Assembly (NCBI RefSeq): GCF_000002075.1
Contig: NW_004797289.1
Span: 1,426,613-1,490,612 of the forward strand
Length of the DNA: 64,000 nt
DNA from: Aplysia californica
Lineage: Eukaryota
Reading direction: 5' to 3'
Both the position numbers and the translations under genes were made by a program. Each line of letters opens with the position of its first letter. Within the stretch, counting starts at the first letter, position 1. The notes beneath the pieces were generated by a model. It saw only the letters and a list, made by a program, of their open reading frames with translations. It did not search any database and was not told the DNA's origin. This document shows, piece after piece, positions 59,586 to 64,000 of the stretch.

Positions 59586-59662
59586 AAGGCTAGAATAACC
59601 AATTATGAATGTCCATGATAGGTTAAAGAACACGTAACTATTTTGAAAAGATTTGAATTTTT

Positions 59663-59676
59663 AAGAAAGGGAGGAA
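59663..59676 (+). promoter_or_regulatory. Polypurine tract
   Basis: AAGAAAGGGAGGAA abutting the 3' LTR. Confidence 0.9.
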
Positions 59677-59994
59677 TGTTGTAAAGTAGAGTAATCATAA
59701 GGTAACATTATAATATAAGTACCCACTTTCAGTATTCCATAACGTATTCCATAACGAGTACTGTAATGGTCAGTATATCGGTATCGTTGAGAGCAAGAAA
59801 AGAGTAACACACTCACACACACACACATACACAGAACAACAACAAAGAAGTCTAGCTTACGGCAGCACAAGCCACAGTCATGTAAAGTTTAAGTCTTATA
59901 TTAAACTCTGGAACACAACCCGAGACGTTGTTTCATTTATTAATGTTTAATGTTGTTGGTGTTCTTGGACTGTTCGCAAGTAGAATACACAACA
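59677..59994 (+). repeat. 3' LTR (318 bp)
   Basis: Direct repeat of the 5' LTR, preceded by a polypurine tract. Confidence 0.95.
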
Positions 59995-60075
59995 TTCTTG
60001 TCAACTGAAAACTCACAATTTTTGTGTCTTTAATCTACGTGTTTCAGTAAAATGCACACAGCAAAGTATTCTTAA

Positions 60076-62463
60076 AGTAGGTACTGCAGACAGCCCGTTT
60101 TGAAGGCAGACAGCCAAGGCTGAAGCCAGTTTTGGACAACTTCATTCAACTAATAGCTGGTCTTAATTTTTGTAAACACTAATAAAAATGATACCACTGT
60201 TTTCTGTGTCTTTCCCTCTCCATGGTGAACGAGAAACTGTTATGATAGCATATTTAGTTTTTAATTGACTAAAGTTTAACACGGGAAAACTCAACCGTCT
60301 CGTAATTTTGAGCGCTTAGATTTGGGGGGTACTTGTTTTAAATTTCAATTTCTCAGACGTGAATCATTGAATTTTCTTGCAGTTTGAAACATAAAAATCT
60401 GGGATTTCAGGAGAATAGGTTATTGTTTTTATTCCGAGCCGAAAGCATGAGTGGTACGATGTAAAGACAAAGAAAGCATTTTAAAATATGAAATTTGACA
60501 CAAATCGAGCTATCCGTGCCAGGATCATATTCCTAGACATCTCTACAATCAAGCTTATGCGTTTAGAAAAGCCAACTACGTTCCACAAAGTAGAAATATT
60601 ACTTTTTCTGAAATGGGGTAACAACCACTTTCGGGAGATCGTTATTCTGCCATTGTGGCTGTTCCATCGCACATTGCCGCCCCCTCTGACTAGACCCAAC
60701 CAGCAGACGATTATTGATGGTTCAGTGAAAGAAACATTCGTCGGATCTGTTCGTCAATTTATGTAAAATATTATCATAATTTTCTTTTAGGATACTTATG
60801 AATATCATGTTTTGAAAAATAATACTAATCTGCCACCACTTGCTGGTTGGATTTATTATTGTTTGGTGGGAATCACGCCGACCTACATTTTCACCACCTC
60901 ATAGCAAATTAATTGCGATCTATACAAATGTATCGCTTCATGGTTGTATTTTTGCTGTCTTTTCAACTAAGAACACCGTATTTATTCTAAATGCATCAAA
61001 ATCTAAGCATCTCTGGTCGACAAAGTGAAAGAATAAAGCCCTGAATAGTTGAACTGGGAGTTCTGTTTATAGTAACATGTCATCACACACTAAACTAAAC
61101 ACTCGGAAGGGGGATACTGGGTGTTAGTGTTACCAATGGAAATATTCGTAGATCTATTGTTTAGCATTTAATTTGAAACAAAAAGGCTAGATCTACATTT
61201 TTGATTGGTGTGGATATTCAATTATTGAATGAACCAGCCTTTTTTATGTATTCTTAGACTTAGTTAGACTTAGATGTCACCTGATAATAGGAAAAATGCC
61301 CCCCCCCCCCATACCCTCTTTCTTCCATCCACTTACTGGACACATATTGTATTTCCCCGGCCACTGGTTTCTTTCTCAGCTAAAATGATAAATATAAATC
61401 TAGAACTAGATCTATAAGATGAACCACGGCAGAAACAGTATGTTGATTAAATTCAAATTTTTAAAGCCCCTGAGCAGAAATTTTAATTTTCTCAACCAAT
61501 ATTGATGACTTTTTTTCACATTATTGTCCATTTCTAAAATGTTTGGAAGGTTTTTACTTTCTATAAACTAATTCACTGTACAGAGCCGCCTGAAAAGAGG
61601 TTTAACTTGATATATAATGCAGCCTTGTAGCACAATTTGTTGATTTTATACGAATTTTTTTCCAGTCGGCAAACATTATAATTTTCACTCAATAATGGCA
61701 GGTTTTTTGGGGCATTAAAGGGCCGTTATGGAGTGTGATGAGAGGTTTTAGTAAACAATTTTCTTTTGGCCTCGTAGAGCTTGCATTGAGCTTTAATTTG
61801 ATGTATGATTTAGCCCTGTAGCTTGATTTGTTCACTTGTTGTGATGCTTTTTGCCCGAGGATGTACCAGAGTTCCCCTAATTTTTTTTCCAAGAGGAATT
61901 TTTTGCACCGAAGCCCACTTCAGAGGAGTCCAGAAAAGTTACTTATGGTCAGAGAGGTCTGAAAAAAATTCAGCTACGTTTTTGCATGTGTTTGTAATGA
62001 TTGTGTGCTTTTCACTAATGAGGAGGCAGTTTTGACTAATTTGGAAGAGGTTGAAATAGGGTTCTGAGCACATAATGACATATTTTGGACATTTTTTTTT
62101 TCAATTTTTGAAGGCCTATATCTTGGAAACCAGTCAATTTTTTAAGGCCTATATCTTGGAAACCAGTCAATCTAACATGCTTTGGTTTAGAGATCAATAT
62201 TTGTGTTGACAGCTCTGGGAAAAACAAAGTTTTCATTGATTTGATCATGCACTCTGTATTTTAGAACACCTCAAACATGGTTGAAAGTCGCAGTTGAAAA
62301 GGTATCGTTCAAAAATAAAACTTTAAAATACCATATTCTCGATTGTTTATTGATGGACTTTGATAAAAATATTCTCTTTTTAATGTTCTTGAGTAGATTT
62401 GAACCCCTAAGGTTCAAACATCAATATTGTTATAAAAAAATAATTTTCGCTTGTGGTACCTAC
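60076..62463. mobile_element. TTAA-flanked Kolobok-like non-autonomous element
   Basis: TTAA-AGTAGGTAC ... GTACCTAC-TTAA interrupting MITE A. Confidence 0.5.
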
Positions 62464-64000
62464 TTAAAGGGACAGGTAAAAGGTGTTGAACCCCTAAGGT
62501 TCAAACATCAATATGGTTAAAAAAAAATAATTTTCGCTTGTGGTACCTACTTAAAGGGACAGGTAAAAGGTGTTGAACCAAAGTACAAAAATTTGATAAA
62601 AATTGTCAAACAGGAAGAAAAATACTGTTTTCTTCTATTTCATTATTTTGACGAGGGCCTGATTTCACCACGCTGCCTCACATAGATGTATAATATTCAA
62701 ATTAAAGCTTTAACCAAGGTTAGCCCAACTCTGTCAGTGCATGCCCTCTGTGCGCAATGGCACTGCATTTGTCCCATTCGTAGCACACATGAACAGGGCA
62801 GCCATCCAGATCAGCTGAGCAGCAAACATTTTCTGTCTTCGATCAAGGAAGGCCTTTGATCAAACCCTCCGGAGGAAAGAAATTTCTTGCAATTTCTGGG
62901 TAAAAAGAAGGCTTCCACACCAGACAAAGAGTATTGAGCGTATTAAGGCCACCTTTATTCTCATCCCAGGGTGACAATAGCGCAGGCGAGCCTTTTGGCT
63001 ATTCTCATCTGGTGTGCGCTCACCTTTATAGCCTAGGCCAACCAGTGTAGCGTTCACCCTGAACGACAGAATTCTACACTGTGACAACAGAATTGTAGAA
63101 TTCTGTGCCGTGAACAAACGTTCCAGCGCTCTTTTGTTGCTACTGTAAAGTGTTGCAATTTTGTCTGTGGGCAGGAGGGAGAGAGAAAGAGAGAGAAAAA
63201 AAGAGAGAAGAGTAGCGTGAGAACTTCCAGGCAAAACAAAATGGCGACCCGTGTAGTTTGGTTCGATTCGAAAAGTTACATAGCCGTAGCATCTTTGCAG
63301 ACTACCAAATTAATTTACTTTTCTGTTTTAACATCACTTTTTAACTTTGTTTTGGTCAATTTGTTCGTCCACACCGATAGACAGTATTCAGAAAGAGAGA
63401 GAGAGAGAGAGAGAGAGGGGAGGAGTAGATCTTGCGAGAACTTACGGGCAAAACAAAATGGTGACCCCCGTAGTTCGGTTCGATTTGAAAAGTGAAATAG
63501 CTAAAGTAGCATTTTGAGATTTTGTAGACGACCAAATTAGCTTCTTTACGTCATTTTTTTCTTGGAAGTGCCTATTTGCAACGCCGCGCTGCGATTAGCG
63601 CCAGGGCTAAATAAAACGCCGTGTTGCCGTGTATGTAAAATATTAAGCTTAATCTGCACTTCGTTATCGGAAGTTCTAACGGCCGAAGTGACAGCGCGTC
63701 TGCGCTTGAAGTCAAACCATTATTTTTCTAGCGTGGGTTCGATCCCGGTCCTGGACGTTTTTGTTTTTTTTCGGGATTTTGTTGTTGTTGTTGTTGTCCT
63801 CTTCTCGACTGACCAACAAATTGTTCCCATAAATATATCTTGTCGCTTTGTAGTTGTTTTTTTTTTAATGTAGTGATGAAGCATGCACATTTTGGTTTTG
63901 TCCCCAAGAGGAGCTCTGTACAAAGTAGGCCTTAGTATAGCCTATACTTTTCCTTTTACCAATTTAGGTCTGGTTAAAGTTCAGTAGTGGCTTTCCTTGA

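Larger units (their letters stand above)
52671..59994 (+). mobile_element. Full-length inactivated Ty3/Gypsy LTR retrotransposon (Mag-like)
   Basis: Two LTRs TGTTGT...ACAACA; 5-bp TSD TTCTT (52666-52670 and 59995-59999); PBS and PPT; gag with two CCHC-type knuckles; PR-RT-RH-IN domain order. Confidence 0.96.
52433..62684 (+). mobile_element. MITE family A copy, split by the Gypsy and a TTAA-flanked element
   Basis: 52433-52670, about 60000-60072 and about 62555-62684 join into a sequence colinear with the uninterrupted copy at 20689-21126 (reverse); imperfect TIR TATGTG...AATCAGG. Confidence 0.75.

Noticed and set aside
58635-59660. env-like ORF in the Gypsy 3' region
   Set aside because: No long plus-strand ORF; the extra length is explained by the hAT MITE.
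63680-63780. tRNA-like A/B box with oligo-T
   Set aside because: B box GGTTCGATCCC is present, but I could not fold a cloverleaf; probably a repeat fragment.

Overview
Eukaryotic (invertebrate animal) genomic DNA with three N gaps (14164-14263, 41461-41662, 54621-54828). The SINE types and abundant (TCTAGA)n suggest a mollusc, probably a gastropod; this is inference. The main feature is one minus-strand spliced gene, reconstructed by hand as 25 phase-consistent GT-AG coding exons (50309 to 11137, 6342 nt, about 2113 aa). It encodes a SENP6/SENP7-type (Ulp1/C48) SUMO protease with a very large Q/P/G-rich N-terminal low-complexity region. Upstream of the first coding exon, probably in a 5'-UTR intron, lies a complete but inactivated Ty3/Gypsy (Mag-like) LTR retrotransposon (52671-59994). 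It sits inside an older MITE and itself carries two DNA-transposon insertions. Introns and flanks hold RTE-clade LINE relics, two tRNA-derived SINE families, Tc1/pogo/hAT/piggyBac/Kolobok-like MITEs, a 73-nt 28S rRNA fragment and microsatellites. The most unusual candidates are a signal-peptide-like exon in the last intron that could turn the terminal exon into a secreted RGDS-bearing acidic protein, and a strand-biased intronic repeat family. Neither is proven from sequence alone.
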